DNA from: the human T2T-CHM13v2.0 reference genome, Homo sapiens
Length of the DNA stretch: 64,000 nucleotides
NCBI RefSeq assembly: GCF_009914755.1
Contig: NC_060947.1
Direction: 5' to 3' (one strand)
The position numbers and the translations under genes are program-made. Each line of letters opens with the position of its first letter. Positions within the stretch are counted from its first letter, which is position 1. The notes under the pieces were generated by a model. It was not told the DNA's origin, did no database searches, and worked only from the letters and a program-made list of their open reading frames with translations. Positions 33,903-51,734 of this stretch are shown here, piece after piece.

Positions 33903-34248
33903 GAGTATGCAGCATTATTCCTGAACCTCACTGTGATTAATAGGCCAGTTACACTTTTCTACTTCTATTGAATTTGCCAATTTTAGCATAAGCCCAGGCT
34001 TGACTTTATTCTGGACCTAAATCTTCCTTTATTTTTTTTCTAGGTACAAAATATCTATTAAACATTTTAAAACTTAACCTGAATGTAAAACAAAACTTTT
34101 TCTCTGGCAAATAAAAACAAATAAATATACATTTAGCTTCACAAGAGCAAGTATTGTTTAGCTGGGTAGCAAGAGAGAACCCTGTGGAATAAGTCAAGAT
34201 ACCATAAAATTAGTTAAACAGTGAAGTTTTTGCTTTTCTTTTAAGTGA

Positions 34249-34539
<291 letters not shown>

Positions 34540-37219
34540 TAACAAATTAATTGTGCCTTATATTCTGGGACAAATTGGATAGAAAACTTAGATGGGTGTG
34601 ATATAGTTTAGCTTTGCCTTTCTAGAATAATATAGCAAGTTGTACTGGTCATTATATGTTTTTTAACCAATGGCTTTAGTAAATTCTAGTCAATGTTTGT
34701 ATTGGTAATCCACTGTAATAAGCTGTTGTGTTTATGTTTATATTTTATTTCCATGGACAATTCTTTCAAGTCTACTATGGTCTGGGTTGATAATTTCAGG
34801 AACTAAATTACCTTGAACCTTCTTTTCAGGGTTCTTCACATTAGCATTTCAAAGTGTCCCCAAACAAAAGGAAAAAGGACTGATTTTTTTCCAGGATAAA
34901 ATCGTATACTAGTTTTTCATGGAATGTTCTGTTTAATGGACATAATTTTGTCCATATTCTAATCTTTTTCATGTATAAACATAAACATTTTAAAGAAATA
35001 ACATCTGAGGAAATTGTATGACACCAGAAATATAATATTGAAGTAACTTTCTTCCAAAACCAGTTGAAACTTTAAACTTAAACAGAATAATCCAACCTCT
35101 GACTTTCCTATCACCATCATTGATGTTTATTTACTGATATTCCAGATTTGAACATAATTTTAAGCTTGTTTATACAATAAAAGAAATTTTTGTTATTGAA
35201 TGTACTCAAAAAATAAAGTATAGATGCTGTGAACATTCTTCCAGAATATTTTATACATAGTTTAAAGAATCCTTATGTAACATTTGCTTTGTCTAACTCA
35301 CTGGAAGTGGGACTTTAGAAACTGGGCCTCTTTGTAACTAGATCCACAAATGTCAGTATACAGAATGTGAGCCCTCATGACAGACTGAAGATGAATTCAA
35401 AAACTGTTAGAAATAAAACAAGAAACAAACCTTTAACAATTTTAAAAAAGATTTTTCCAAAACAGCAATGCTCTTTCCTAAGTAAGACTTACTTTTGATT
35501 CTTGATAATGTGAAATTGTGGGTTCAGAACATCAAGGGAACTGTTGGAAGATTTTTATACTTGTCCCTTGCTTGATTTTCAATCCTAGACCATGTTAAAT
35601 GGAGCTCAAATATTAGTCCTGCTGGTTTCTGTTACTGTGGGAATGAATTTTCTTTTTCTCTTTTTTTAATTGTTGGAGTATTTCTTATCCTTAACCACCC
35701 TCACATCTCAAACCACCCTGTGGTTTGTCTGACTTCCACAGGCAGATTCTGAGGCAAGCCCTGATGATTGCTTCAAGGGGGAGTGGTATTAGGGGAATTT
35801 GACCCAAAGTCTCCAAATAAACCCTTTTTTTTCTTAGTACTCATGTGTGACATCAGCTTCTAAATATGCAGTGTCTTTGTTGTTCACTAATAAGTTTATT
35901 TTAAGAGTTGTGTTTCTTTTCTCACCTTTTGCAAAGAGCATCTTAAAATTTGCTGAAAGATGAGAGACTACACACACACAGTGTAAAAAGTGGCTGGTCC
36001 TTTAGTCCTATTTCCAACATTGCCACAATAATTTTGACCTTAAGCTATGCAGACTAGTGAAGTGGTGGGTGGGGATGCAGTATATGTGGTATTTAAAAGT
36101 CATAACATTTCAGATTATTTTTCCATAGTCAAAGATTAGCCCCTGTAGTCTAAATAGCAGAGATTTAAGGGCTACTTCTATAGTGGAATACTATAAAATA
36201 ATCAATCTGGCTAAATGTAGATGTCACACATTCAGTGGAAAATTTATGCAATTACCACAAGTCATGCAACTAATATGGCATATACAGTGTATATTTTGGT
36301 CAGAAATAACACGAAAATTGCCCCCAATTACACAAAGGCATTGAGCCACATAAAATAATGTTCTGCAAAAATTTGATTTGGCAATACAATTTTTTAGAAA
36401 CAATATTACCCCTGAAGAATGTCAAATGTTTTAAAGCTATTTTATCCTCGTTCCATTGATTTCAAATCTGGCTAGAGGAAATTGACTTCTGTTTTGGCAA
36501 AAACAGAAATCTCCTGAGCCAACATCATTATTATTCAAAGCTTAATTCAGAGACCATAATTTGCTAAGTCTATTAACAATGAAAACAGATATTTATGGAA
36601 CTCTAAAGACCTTGCATATAAATGTTGATTGTTTCATGGATTATAGCATGCATACACTATGAAGAGATTTAATTTTTACTAAATGCAAAACTAAAATGTT
36701 TCAAATATTGAAATAGAATTTAGGTGCAATCATTGAACGGTGCAATCTTTTGTACAGCAAATTTTCTGCTTTCCAGTAAAATAATATGGTTTGTATTTTA
36801 TGTTATCAATTTCAATATGGTTGATTTCACAATAATGAAATGTGAAATATCTGTTTCCAAAATGATGTCACGGATAGTCTTAGCATACATCTCTATTCTT
36901 ATATCTAATAAATCAGTACATATCTGGTTTAGATATACTAATCTTAGAAGTTAATTGACTTTTCCAAAAAAATAATCTTCAGATTGAAGTATTCATTGGT
37001 TCAAAAATGTATAATGACCAGTGCAACTTGCCATATTATTCTAGGAAGCAAATTGATTCCCCAGAGATTTTGAGAAGAAATGAAATTATTTAGCATTAGT
37101 TTCAAACTTTTTAGTCCCTTTAAAATGCAATTTTAGAAGCTTTTGTTTTAGTTATTTAAAACTGTTCTATATTTTTCCATTACTATATGTACTACCAAAA
37201 TTGTATGTTCTTCATATAG

Positions 37220-37405
<186 letters not shown>

Positions 37406-37603
37406 TGATGAAACTACTATTTTAAGTTAGTTTTTATGCTACACATTGATATTTTTAATCTCTAAAGAATTACATAATCAAATGCTAAGTGGATTCCTAT
37501 AGGTGAAATTTATTCCTCCTTGCTTTTGAATCATCTTCCACTGAAGTCCATTCAAAAGGCTAGAGACAATATGTTTAGGGAGTTATAGAAATGTTAACTT
37601 TTG

Positions 37604-37941
<338 letters not shown>

Positions 37942-38214
37942 TTATGGTTTCCAAAAATTATGCTTATATTTTATAATGGTATCGTTTTTGGAAACATTTC
38001 CTAGAGTGGCTAAATAGAATATATGAAATCTACCTCTGTCTTCCTGTCTTGCTCCAAATTAGAAAAGTCGCTTTTCTCTTTTATTTATTTATCACTCTAT
38101 CAATCTGACATACATGTCCTCATGAACTTGAAAATAGCATAACTTCAGGTGCAGTCATTGAATAATTATGTGAGATGTGATGCATAGAGTCATTTTCATA
38201 GCTGGTTGCTAAGG

Positions 38215-38420
38215 TGGAAGGACATGAGGACAAGATTCAGAACACTACCTGTAATCATGAATCTACAACTCACTAGTCACATAGGTTGGTGGAGTTGCCA
38301 CAGCCTTCAGCATATTAGTTTCTTCATGTATAAAATGGTGTTGATAAAATTTGCTGTTCTTATTTCATAGGGTTTTTGCAAGGATCAAATGAAGTAAGGT
38401 AATATGTATGACATAAATTT
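38215..38420 (+). mobile_element. MIR
   Basis: tttcttcatgtataaaatgg...tcatagggtttttgcaaggatcaaatga. Confidence 0.7.
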
Positions 38421-39881
38421 GCAAAATGCAGAATTATATCCAAATGTGCATAATTTTTGTCCATGAAAATTGCATTCATACATTTTTTTTCTTTATAGTG
38501 CATTTCTTACAAGGTGGTTTCATGAGAAAAGTGGGGATAATAAGAACAACATTCAGAAATTAAAAATATTATTCTCATATTCTTATTGAGAGATTCTTCT
38601 TGGTGACTTTTGTGTATGATCATACTTGTAAAACTTATATAGAAAAGCATAAAAAGGACATTAGCTGTTTTAAATTAAACAGAGTTTTATTTGTTCACTG
38701 GTCCACTTAAAATTAGTTTTCCCTGTATATGAAAAGTGTTTTGTGGTAGTCACCTACATCTTATAATAATTTATTTCTTTTAAGGTATCTGGCTATACTT
38801 GAGTTTCTATACAATCAATTTTGAAATTTGTTTTTCATCTGTTACTTAATTTTTTCCTTTAATCTCTACTGAAGTGGTTTTTCAACCAGTAGTATTGAGG
38901 CAAAGGAATTTAAAAATATAAAGTAAAGCAATCTATCCTGAATAGAAAATAGAATGCACTTCTAGTCTTTATTCTTCAGAGTGGAGAACTCATCTTTAGT
39001 AAGCACCTCTTTCCCCTTTCTAGAAATGCTAGGATTCTAAACCAGTACCTAGTATGAGACAGTTGGAGCACAGTATCATGGATACTGAACACTGGGCTCT
39101 GAATGGTAAAACAGCTTGTGTAAGACTATTTTATAGAACCAAAAATAGAACTCTTTATATCCTAAATGCTTTCCAGGGCAACCGTACTTTCCTAAACTTC
39201 ATTTGTCCCAAAATATCTTGTTTTCTTTATATAAAAACAAAGAGTAATTGAGTCTTGATATTCAAGAGGAAGATAAAGTTTTAATGAAAGTTTTCATTCC
39301 ACTTATTATCATAAATACTTATATGTAGCCTTACCTGAGACAATGATTTGGGCAAATAAATTATGAAACAGTTTGACTGGATGTGAAATTTTGGGTTAAT
39401 GTAGAGCTACATGCCCTAGAATTAAGAACAGTATATACTAAAATGCATTTTAGGTATTAACAACAAGTCTACTGGGAAGATATATTTATGTATAACATTG
39501 TTTTAAATGGTGTGACACTATAGCGCATTTACTGTGGGGCCAAATTAAAGAGCAGTTCTTAAAACCCAAATTATATTCCTCAGTTAAAGCAACAAACATG
39601 GGCAGTATCTGAATGATAAGGAATCACTGTTTTTTATCTTGGTTTTCTGCACATCATTATCATATTTTACTTAATGAAAATATTATGGAAAACATAATAT
39701 TATTTGGTTTTAGTGGAATTTGAAGTTTGTTATAATGTCACTTTAAAAAAAAAAAAAAGAGGAATCCTATACGTAAAAAGGAAATTTCTGGCCGAAGGAA
39801 GTGGCTAAATGTGCAGGCAGCATCGTGAGCTTTTATGGGTGATCGATCCTTCCCTTATTGAAAATGTATATCCTTAGCTAA

Positions 39882-40238
<357 letters not shown>

Positions 40239-42838
40239 TAGCCTCTATCTTTTATTAGCCTTACCCACATTGAAGTTCTTACTCCAAATGTCCTCCCTCT
40301 GAACTCTTATTCATGGTTTTCTCCCTCTGGAAGGTTTTTTATCTTCTCCTTTGTCACATCCCTGATTCTCACCCTTTCTTCAAGGCACAGCTAAAATGTT
40401 ATCCCCTTGTTGAGGCACGTACTCCATGCATCCACAGCACTTTTAGCATCTCTATTGCAGCACTTACCTCATTGCATCAAACTATTTAATGACACTCCTG
40501 TATTTTCATAAGAATGTGAGCAACTTAGAGTCAAGGGCAATGTCTTTTATTTTTTAAATAAGCATTTGATTTTAGAACGGTTTTAGATTTACAGAAAAAA
40601 CATAGTAGAAATCCCATCTAGCCTGCATTCAGTTCCCCCTGTTATTCACATCTAATATTAATATGGTATATTCGTTATAGTTAATGAACTGATTTTGGCA
40701 CATTATTATTAAATAAAGTCCGTAGTTTATTTAGATTTCTGTGCTTTTTACCTGATGTCCTTGTTTCTGTTCCAGGATCCCATCTAGAATAGCACATAAC
40801 ATTTAGTTGTTATGTCTCCTTAAGATACTCTTGGTTGTGACTGTTTTACATTTTTTTTTATTTTTGATGACCTTTACAATTTTGAGGAGTATTTTGTCGA
40901 ATGTCCTATATTTGGGATTTTTCTGAGATTTTTTCATGATTAGGTGAGGGTTATAGGTCCTTGGAAGAAAAAACACAGAGGTAAAATCACAACATGTCAT
41001 ATCAGCCTGACTTATCACTGTTGATGTTGATCTTGATCACCTGAGGTAGTGTTAGGTAGGTTTTTCCACTGTAAAGTTACTCTCTTCCCCATTTTTATAC
41101 TGTAGTTTTTGTCATCCATGCTATATGTCATCCATGCTAAAGGAGTGAGAGGTTATGTTCCACCTCTCTGAGAGCAGAATGTCCACATATTTTGTGTGGT
41201 ATTCTGCTACATGAGATATATGTCTGTTCTCCCACATTTATCTACTTATTCAATTGTTGCTCTATACCAGTTTGGACTTAACAGTTATTTTATACTTTGC
41301 TTTATAATCCAAATTACCTTATTTATTTTGTTGCTCAAATTATTACAGTTTTGGTCATTAAGAGCTCTTTTAGTTGGCTCCTTTGTCCCTGTGACATACT
41401 TATATTGGGGTGTGTGTGTGTGTGTGTGTATGTATGTTTGAGTACTTTCCTACTTTCTGGCCCTTTAAGATGCTCTAAGCTCATCTTGTATATTTCCTGC
41501 CCCAGTCCCTACATCAGATATATTTTTTCAAAGATGCCATGTTGCTTTTATTGGAGAATTATACCAAAAATGAATACCTTCATGTTGAGAGTACTCATTG
41601 CTACTGGGATATAGTTGTTTTGAAGCTTTTCTAATCGACAAAAAAAGAAAAATGTGTATAGTAACACATAAACATATACACATATCTATAGATATTTATA
41701 TGTGTAACCACCTGTGTTTATATTAAGTTAAACATGAGTTCATACTGATGTTTCCAACTCTAATTTATTACCATATGGATCATTTTAGCCTCTTCCCCTA
41801 CCTTATGTGTAACCTCCCAATCCAGTAGTTAGAAAACTGGTTCTCACCATCTGCCATTCTTTTACTGAATTGTTCACTTCCAGTATAAATGTATAGTGAG
41901 ATCAGAATTTGTTAACCTGTGCCCATGTGGGAAACAACTTTATCAATTAGAATATGGTGTTTACGTACAATTGTTTTAGCATTTAGCCTTACAGACTTCA
42001 CTCATTTCCAAAGTTGCTAAGGTCAGCACCTTTCCCCTCACCTGCTTCAGTGAGGTTATCTCACATATTTGTAATATAGTTAGATTGTTTTATCATATTC
42101 TGTATTTCCCAGGATCCTCTGACCTCCTGAATTATATTTAAAATTTGCATACATTAAGGTTTTCTCTTTGTGCTGTGAAGTTCTATGAGTTTAAACAAAT
42201 GCATAGTGTCATGTATTCATAATTAAAAAGTAACAGAATAGTTTCACTGCCCTAAAAAAGACTCTACACTTCATATGTTCAGCCCTTCTTTCTGCCTTCC
42301 GAATCCCTGGAAACAACTGATCTTTTTACCATAACTATAGTTTTGCTTTTTCCAGAATGTCATATAATTGAAATCATACAGTTTTTGGCCTTTTCAGACT
42401 GGCTTCTTTCACTTAGCAATATGCATTTCCTTCACTCCTTTCTGCCTTCCTTCCTTTTAATTGAGCATTTTATCTCTTCCATTTTTACATCAATTTTCCT
42501 TCTTTTTAGATATATATTTTAGTGATAGCCCTGGATATTCCAATTTTAAACTAATCTCAGTCCACCTTCAAAAAACGCTGTGTAGTACAGATACCTTATT
42601 ACAGAGTACTCCCAGTTCCTCTCTCCTATCCTTTATGACATTGTTCTCATTCATTTCACTTACCCATATTGTATAATCACCCAATATATTGTTACTGTTA
42701 TTTTAAACAAAGTTATCTTTTACATCAATTTAGAATAAGAGAAATAAAATATTTTATTTTACCTTCATTTATTCCTTCTCTGGCACTCTTCTTTATGTAG
42801 ATCCAAGTTTCTATTCCATACACTTTTCTTCTGCCTGA

Positions 42839-43276
<438 letters not shown>

Positions 43277-43366
43277 TGGATGTAGAATTTTTGATTGGTA
43301 CTTTTTTCGTTTTGTCACTTTCAATATGCCACTCCACTCTTTTATTGCTTGCATGGTTTTTGATGA

Positions 43367-43731
<365 letters not shown>

Positions 43732-44172
43732 CTGTGTTCTTTCAAGATTGTCTGTGTTTTTTTTTTCTCTGTAGATTGAATATGGTATGCCTAGGTATAG
43801 TGATTTTGTTATTTATCCTACTCAGTGTTTTATCAGCTTCCTGGATTTCTGGTTTGATGTCTCTCAATTTTGAAAATTCCATGACCATTATTATTTCAGA
43901 TATTTACTCTGCTCCATTCTTTTTTTTTCTACTTTTGATATTCCGATTATACATATATTATGCCTTTTGAAATTATCTCTCAGTTCTTGGATGTTCTTTT
44001 CTGTTTTTATCATTCATTTTTCTCTTTGCATGTCAGTTGATAAAGTTCTACTGATCTATTTTCAAGCTCACACATTGTTTCCTGAACTGGTGTCCAGTGT
44101 ACTGATGAGACCATCAAAGGGCTTCTTCATTTCTGTTACAATGTTTGTTTTTTAAAAACTCTAGCATTTCCT

Positions 44173-44494
<322 letters not shown>

Positions 44495-44591
44495 TTAACA
44501 TTGCAATCTCTCTTCTTATATTACCCATCTGTGGGTATCGTGGAGGAATAATACCCTCCATACAGATCTCACACTCTACTTTTATTAATAT

Positions 44592-44692
44592 TTAGGTTGG
44601 TGCAAACATAATTGCGGTTTTTGCCATAACTTTGCGGGTTTTTGCCCTGGAAAGTAAAGGCAAAAGCCGCAATTACATTTGCACGAGTCTAA
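44592..44692. mobile_element. MADE1 (Hsmar1-derived MITE) with an internal expansion
   Basis: TIRs ttaggttggtgcaaacataattgcggtttttgcc / ggcaaaagccgcaattacatttgcacgagtctaa, TA flanks. Confidence 0.9.
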
Positions 44693-45149
44693 TACTACCG
44701 AGTTTTACATAAACCTTTTCATTTCCTACATTATATTGCTGATTTGTATTGAGATTTAAGTCAAATAACATCAGTTTTCTTATATTGTTAAGTCAAATGC
44801 CTGCCTGTGGTTGAACTTTTAGGTATGAATACAGTGCTGAGTATTCCTATAGAGATGATTATGTTCATTTTTAATACGTCATCCCAGTGTATGAAGATAG
44901 GTTTTATACTTGATTCTGTCTTACACTATAATAACTTCTCTTCCTTGACAAAAGTCATTACGTTTTTTGTTGGAAGATATGTCTGTTTTGAATGGAAACA
45001 TTGTTTAAAATGTTATATTTAAAAGGCTCTGTATAAAGCTGTGTAATATGCTTTTATATTTTTTCTGGAATGTATTATTTCACCTCTCTTTAGTGAGAGA
45101 TTTTTATCCTAATAAGAAATACAGAATCCAGTACATATTTTTACTTATT

Positions 45150-45775
45150 TCTTTTAATAATAACATATATAACCAAAAAGTGTATAAAATGTAAACAAGT
45201 AGCTGCTTAGCATGCTATCAAAAGAACTCAACTAGGCAAAGAAATAGAATACTGTAGGCCCCATAGAAGCCCCCATATGCCCTTCTGATTATAAACCCCT
45301 TCCTCTCCACTACTGGATAGGTACCTCAGTATGTGAGTTTTGGGGTATTTATTTTCTTGCGTGTTTAAAAGTTGTATTAGCTGATAGTGTATGACAAAGC
45401 GATATAGCTACATTTTGCCTGGTTTTGAAACGTATAAATTAGGACCCACATGTTGTGTATTCTGTCTGGCTTCTTCAACTCCAAATTTTGTTTCAAATAT
45501 GCATGTATGTTATTCCATTCATCTGTACTTTATTCATTATTCTTATGCTATGATATTCCATTATATGAAAATCTCAGTTTGTTGATAGACATTAGGGCTT
45601 GTTGTAATTTTTTGCTTATGTAAGTAATATTGCCATTAACCGTCTTATGTACACACATATATACACACAAACACTTACATATTTCCTTGAACATATAAGC
45701 AAGCAATTCTGTAGGATTTTTACCTAGGAAAGGATTTGCTCATTAAAAGTATGTATATTTTCAAATTTACTAACT
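45150..45775 (-). mobile_element. L1ME-type fragment
   Basis: Highly diverged L1 3' motifs. Confidence 0.55.
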
Positions 45776-46779
45776 ATTGTTTGGGCTAATTTGGGTCATG
45801 GGCGTATCCTAACCGAATTGACTGTAGGGAGGAGAGAAGTACTCCAAAGAAAGTTGGAGGTGCCAAAATAAGTGGAAATTATTCTAAGGAACATAAAAAG
45901 CCATTTTCTACTACTTCTACACATTATGATTTCTTAAAGATTATAAAATATAATTTGATATGCATAAAATTCTGTTTTGCATTGTGTAACAATTTTCTAT
46001 ACTTCCATATTGTTAAATAAAAATGTGAAAACATTCAACTTTGTATTGATATACATTGCCATATCCTAGGATTCCTTGCACTAAACTCTAACTCACATCC
46101 AGACTACACTATAACCCTAGTCTTCTGCCAGATATATGTGGGAATGTGGGTATGGGGAAAACGTCATATCCAGAGGTGGTCCATAAGCAATCTAGTGATT
46201 CCAAAATAAATTAAATCACCTTGGCTCATCATAAATACCAACTATGTAGACAAAAAATACAAATATTAGTAATGATACATATTTTTGGATTTGTTAGGTC
46301 TAAGGAAAAAAATATACACTATATAGGATTTTTTTAGATGTATTGATTACATTACATGATTTTCATTTTTGCCCATTTAATGCTTATTTCCCCTTCTGGC
46401 CAAAACATTTTTCTATTATTTTAAAAAGAAAGATTTAAAACAAAGTAACAACTGTATTGCCATCATAAAGTTTGGAAATGAGTCAGACCAGTTGCAACAC
46501 CATTTAATTTCTAGGGTCAGATCATAGAATTAAGTAATGGTAAGGGAATACCTTGTTAAAATGTTATGTCAGAAAAAATTTTCCCAAGTAAATTTGAGAG
46601 TCAGCAAGCAGAGTGAGGAAGTGAAGAAAGGAAAACTGATTCGAAAAGAAGCAAAAAGAATGAGGTGATTGTTACAAGGATGTGATAGTTTTAGTAGCAT
46701 TTTTATCCTTTATATAACTTTTTAACAGTTAATACAGCAGAATATTCAAACTACTTCCCAATCGACCACAGACTGAATT

Positions 46780-46940
46780 TACGCTCTCAAAAGGTACATC
46801 TTCCTCCTCTTTTAATGGATGAGGAAGCTGAGGCAAAGAAAGGTTAAGTGGCTTTATCAAGGTCACAAAACGTCACAGTGACAAATTTAGAAATAAAATT
46901 TAATTCCCTGAACCTCAGTCTATGATTTACTCCACTGGAT
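46780..46940 (-). mobile_element. MIR
   Basis: gatgaggaagctgaggc...ggttaagtg...aaggtcaca. Confidence 0.75.
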
Positions 46941-47841
46941 AATTAATAGCAAGGCATTGTAGTGTTCATATTAGCTCTGCTGATCGCTATGAGAGATTTA
47001 TATTTTAAGTGCAACGGAAACACATTTAACTGAGACCTCTAATTCTTCTGCCATGGATGTAATTAAGCAGTGTATTTGTGGTCTAGCCTGGGGATGGAGT
47101 ATTGCTTCTTTTTCTTCCTATTTCTTTCAAAAAATTGCGTATTTTATTTCTCCTTTAAAAAAACTGTTTTTGTTAAATTACTTCATGGATTAAAGTGTGC
47201 TTTCACTGACTACAGCCTAACAATAATTGATGAAATTGATAAAAGGGGCAGATCTTTCCAGACTTTACTTTGTATGTTTGCTAACATTCCAGGATCCATA
47301 CCCACAAAAACCATCATGTATATTATTTTTGATGAATTGACATATACTACATTTCTAGCTGTTTTATAAGTAAATATCTGCCATATTTTTGTAACTCAAA
47401 TATCATTTAGATTAATTCACACTTTTGAATTAAAAGAGAAAAATGCTCATAAATATGGTGAAACTGAATTTAATCAACTTGGCTATCTAATGTTGATTTG
47501 GAGTTGAATTCCTAAAACAAAAGAGCTCTTTCATGAGTGGTTTCCAATAACTGTCCTGAAACCACTGACACTCATTACCTTTATTTATTATTTAATCTTA
47601 ATATACTAAATGGGTTGTTCAAAAATGTATGAATCAAATTAACATTTATTGTTAAGGTGTAGTAAGTTTGAATAAAAACAAGATGTTTTTACTCTTGAGC
47701 AGAAAACGTATACATTTTAGAACATATTCATAGCAAGGTTGGAATGTGCCATCTCTGGCCATGGGGAAAACAAGACATCATAAACTTGAATGATTTCCAT
47801 TAATACAAGAAAAATTAAATATTAATAATTAGAATAGTTAA

Positions 47842-48205
<364 letters not shown>

Positions 48206-48246
48206 TAACCTCAACTTACTCACCCTTAAAAATTTTTCCAGTGCTC

Positions 48247-48560
<314 letters not shown>

Positions 48561-49142
48561 CTAATATTCTTCTAGGTTTCATAAATTGCACTTGAAAATA
48601 ATTCACTATTTTATTTCCCACTTCATATGGATTTTTGAATTTAATAAAAGATGAACATCCATTTCTGGAAAATGCAGTCAATTAGACCTCCATTTGCTGC
48701 TCTGAAACACTGAGAAAAATTAGATGAAATAAAATAGAAATACCATTTTAAATGATTAGTTGAGCTTGCAAGAATGTTCTTTTTTAAAAAAAGAAAAATC
48801 TCTGGGTCTAATTTTTATTTAGCAGTATTGAAGTACAAAAAAGTTACATAATTCAAATCATAATTTTATGAATATCAAATCACATTTTATAATCTTTAAG
48901 AAATCATGAAGTTTAGAAGTAATAGACATCTGCTGTTTATATTTCCTAGAATATGTTTCACTTCTTTTGACACCTCCCATTTTCTTTGGAGTACCACTCC
49001 TCTCTTTCCTTCAGTCCTTTTGGTTGGTAGACTCTTGGTCAAAAAAATCTCCAATTTGCTGCTCAAGAAGAATTGACCAGTCTCCAGGAAGGGCCTTAAC
49101 AGGGTCCTCCTGGTTCAAGACAGCATTTAAAAAATAAAAAGA

Positions 49143-49280
49143 GACCAGGCTCAGTGGTTCACACCTGTAATACTGGTGCTTTGGGAGGCTGAAGCAGGAG
49201 GATTACTTGAGGCCAAGAGTTTGAGACCAGCCTGTGCTATATAGTCAGACATTGAATCTATCCATACATACATACATACC
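49143..49280 (+). mobile_element. FLAM/Alu left monomer with (TACA)n tail
   Basis: Monomer only. Confidence 0.8.
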
Positions 49281-50052
49281 TATCTGTATTATATCTCTAA
49301 AAATGTCAGGTACTAGAATCCATAAATACAGACTAGAAATTAGCTATGCCTAAAATGATGGGTCACATTTTTAAAAATCTAAAACAATACCAGTATTTTT
49401 GATGCCTGTGTGAGAGCATAAATATTAAGAAAGGCAATTGGTCAGCAGGACTTTCTGCCCCAGTCATATATGCATTTTGATTTCATTCAATTTTCTGGCT
49501 GCCCTATTGCTGTTGTTGCCTGACATAGTTCATCAGCCAGAAGTAGTTCTTAATTTTTTCACTGATTTTCTTTGACAGCATTGAATTTCAAGTGTACTGA
49601 GAGTGTTTTCATTATAATAACCCTGCCAGTGTAATCCAACGGATTGCTTGCCTCTTAGAAATGATACAGTCATCCTTTCTGTCCGTCCCAGGTGTTAGAG
49701 CTGTATTACTTCTAGATTTTCAGACCACTAGCTAAACTTATTCTTACCTCATTGTTAAAGAAACAACTACTTTTTTTTTTTTTTTTACTGCTAACCATAT
49801 GGCAGGTACTGTACACAATTATTTATAGGCATTACTATCTATATTTATCAAGGAGAAAAGTCAAAGTACATTTTGGACACATATTTAAACTTTTAAATAC
49901 AAATCATTATCATTATTTCTAATGAAATTCCCTTCTTTATTTGCACTCTACTGCTTCAAATTTTCAAATTCTCTTATATTAATTCTAACAAACTCAATTT
50001 TGAGAGTCAAAAAGCTGTTCAATAAATATCCCTTGATAGAATTATTGGTTTA

Positions 50053-50365
<313 letters not shown>

Positions 50366-50391
50366 TTAGTTAGAGAAAAAAAATATCAACA

Positions 50392-50727
50392 ACTGGGCTG
50401 TCCAATATAATAGCCACAAGCACCATGTGTCCACTGAGCAACTGAAATTTGGCTAGACTGGATTGAGATATTTTAAATGTAAAATATGTGCTAAATATTT
50501 CAAATGTAAAATATGTGCTGGATTTTAAAGACTTAGTTTGACAAAAATAATGCAAAATATCTCTTTAGTAATTTTTTTATATTGATATCATGTTGAAGTG
50601 ATAATATTTAGTTAAATAAGATATACTACAAAATTGATTTTACCTCTTTTCACTTTTTTAAATGTAGCTGCTAGAAAATTTTTAATTGTATATGTAGTTC
50701 GGCTTATATTTCTGTTGCACAGAGCTA
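50392..50727 (+). mobile_element. MER33-like hAT-Charlie MITE
   Basis: gctgtccaatataatagccac...atatttctgttgcacagagc termini, with an internal 27-bp-period duplication at 50468-50519. Confidence 0.75.
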
Positions 50728-51027
50728 CTCTTGAAAGTGAAGTGTGGTATCAGCCTGGAGAAGTGTAAGGGAAACACACAAGACCAAGCATCTAAGGGTT
50801 GTCTTAGTTCCATTGGTGGAGCTGCCATGCCTGGGCTCAGTGACCTTAACTAAGTTATCTGTCTTCATTAAATGTTGTCTTAGTGTTGAGACTGTGAATA
50901 GTCATCACTCACAGTGCTTTGGTGAGGGGTAAATTAGCGCAGATGCATCAAACCGGACTGTGAAGGAATATACAAATGGAAGTGGCTACTGCCATGATTT
51001 GGTTTGATTTTTGAATCTTTACCTTGG

Positions 51028-51379
51028 TGATATGGTTTGGCTATGTCCTCACCCAAATTTCATCTTAAATTGTAGCTCCCATAATTCCCACATCTTGTGG
51101 GAGGGACCCCGTTAGAGGTAATTGAGTCATGGGGGCGGGTCTTTGCCATGCTGTTCTGGTGATAGTGAGTAAGTCTCACGAGATCTGATAGGTTTAGAAA
51201 AAGGGAGTTCCCCTGCACACGCTCTCTTGCCTGCTGCCATGTAAGGCACCGCTTTGCTCTTCCTTCATCTTCTGCCATGATTTCCCAGCCATGTGGAACT
51301 GTGAGTCCATTAAACCGCTTTCCTTTATAAATTACCCAGTCTCAGGTATTTATTAGCAGCGTGAGAACAGACTAATACA
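51028..51379 (+). mobile_element. THE1 (B/C-like) solo LTR
   Basis: TGATATGGTTTGG...GACTAATACA, TSD cttgg/cgtgg. Confidence 0.92.
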
Positions 51380-51419
51380 CGTGGTTTGTTTCAGTTAATG
51401 TAATTTTAATATTTATAAT

Positions 51420-51734
51420 CTTTTTTTTATTATTATACTTTAAGTTTTAGGGTACATGTGCACAACGTGCAGGTTTGTTACATATGTATACATGTGCCAT
51501 GTTGGTGTGCTGCACCCATTAACTCGTCATTTAACATTAGGTATATCTCCTAATGCTATCCCTCCCCCCTACCCCCACCCCACAACAGGCCCCGGTGTGT
51601 GATGTTCCCCTTCCTGTGTCCATGTGTTCTCGTTGTTCAGTTCCCACCTATGAGTGAGAACATGCGGTGTTTGGTTTTTTGTCCTTGTGATAGTTTGCTG
51701 AGAATGATGGTTTCCAGCTTCATCCATGTCCCTA
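51420..51734 (-). mobile_element. 5'-truncated young L1PA (PA3-PA5-like) 3' end
   Basis: ttattatactttaagttttagggtacatgtgcac, exact 13-bp TSD taatatttataat (51407-51419, 51735-51747). Confidence 0.93.

Noticed and set aside
37947-37995. Imperfect hairpin gtttccaaaaa...tttttggaaac
   Set aside because: Only an 11-bp perfect AT-rich stem, which is plausible by chance.
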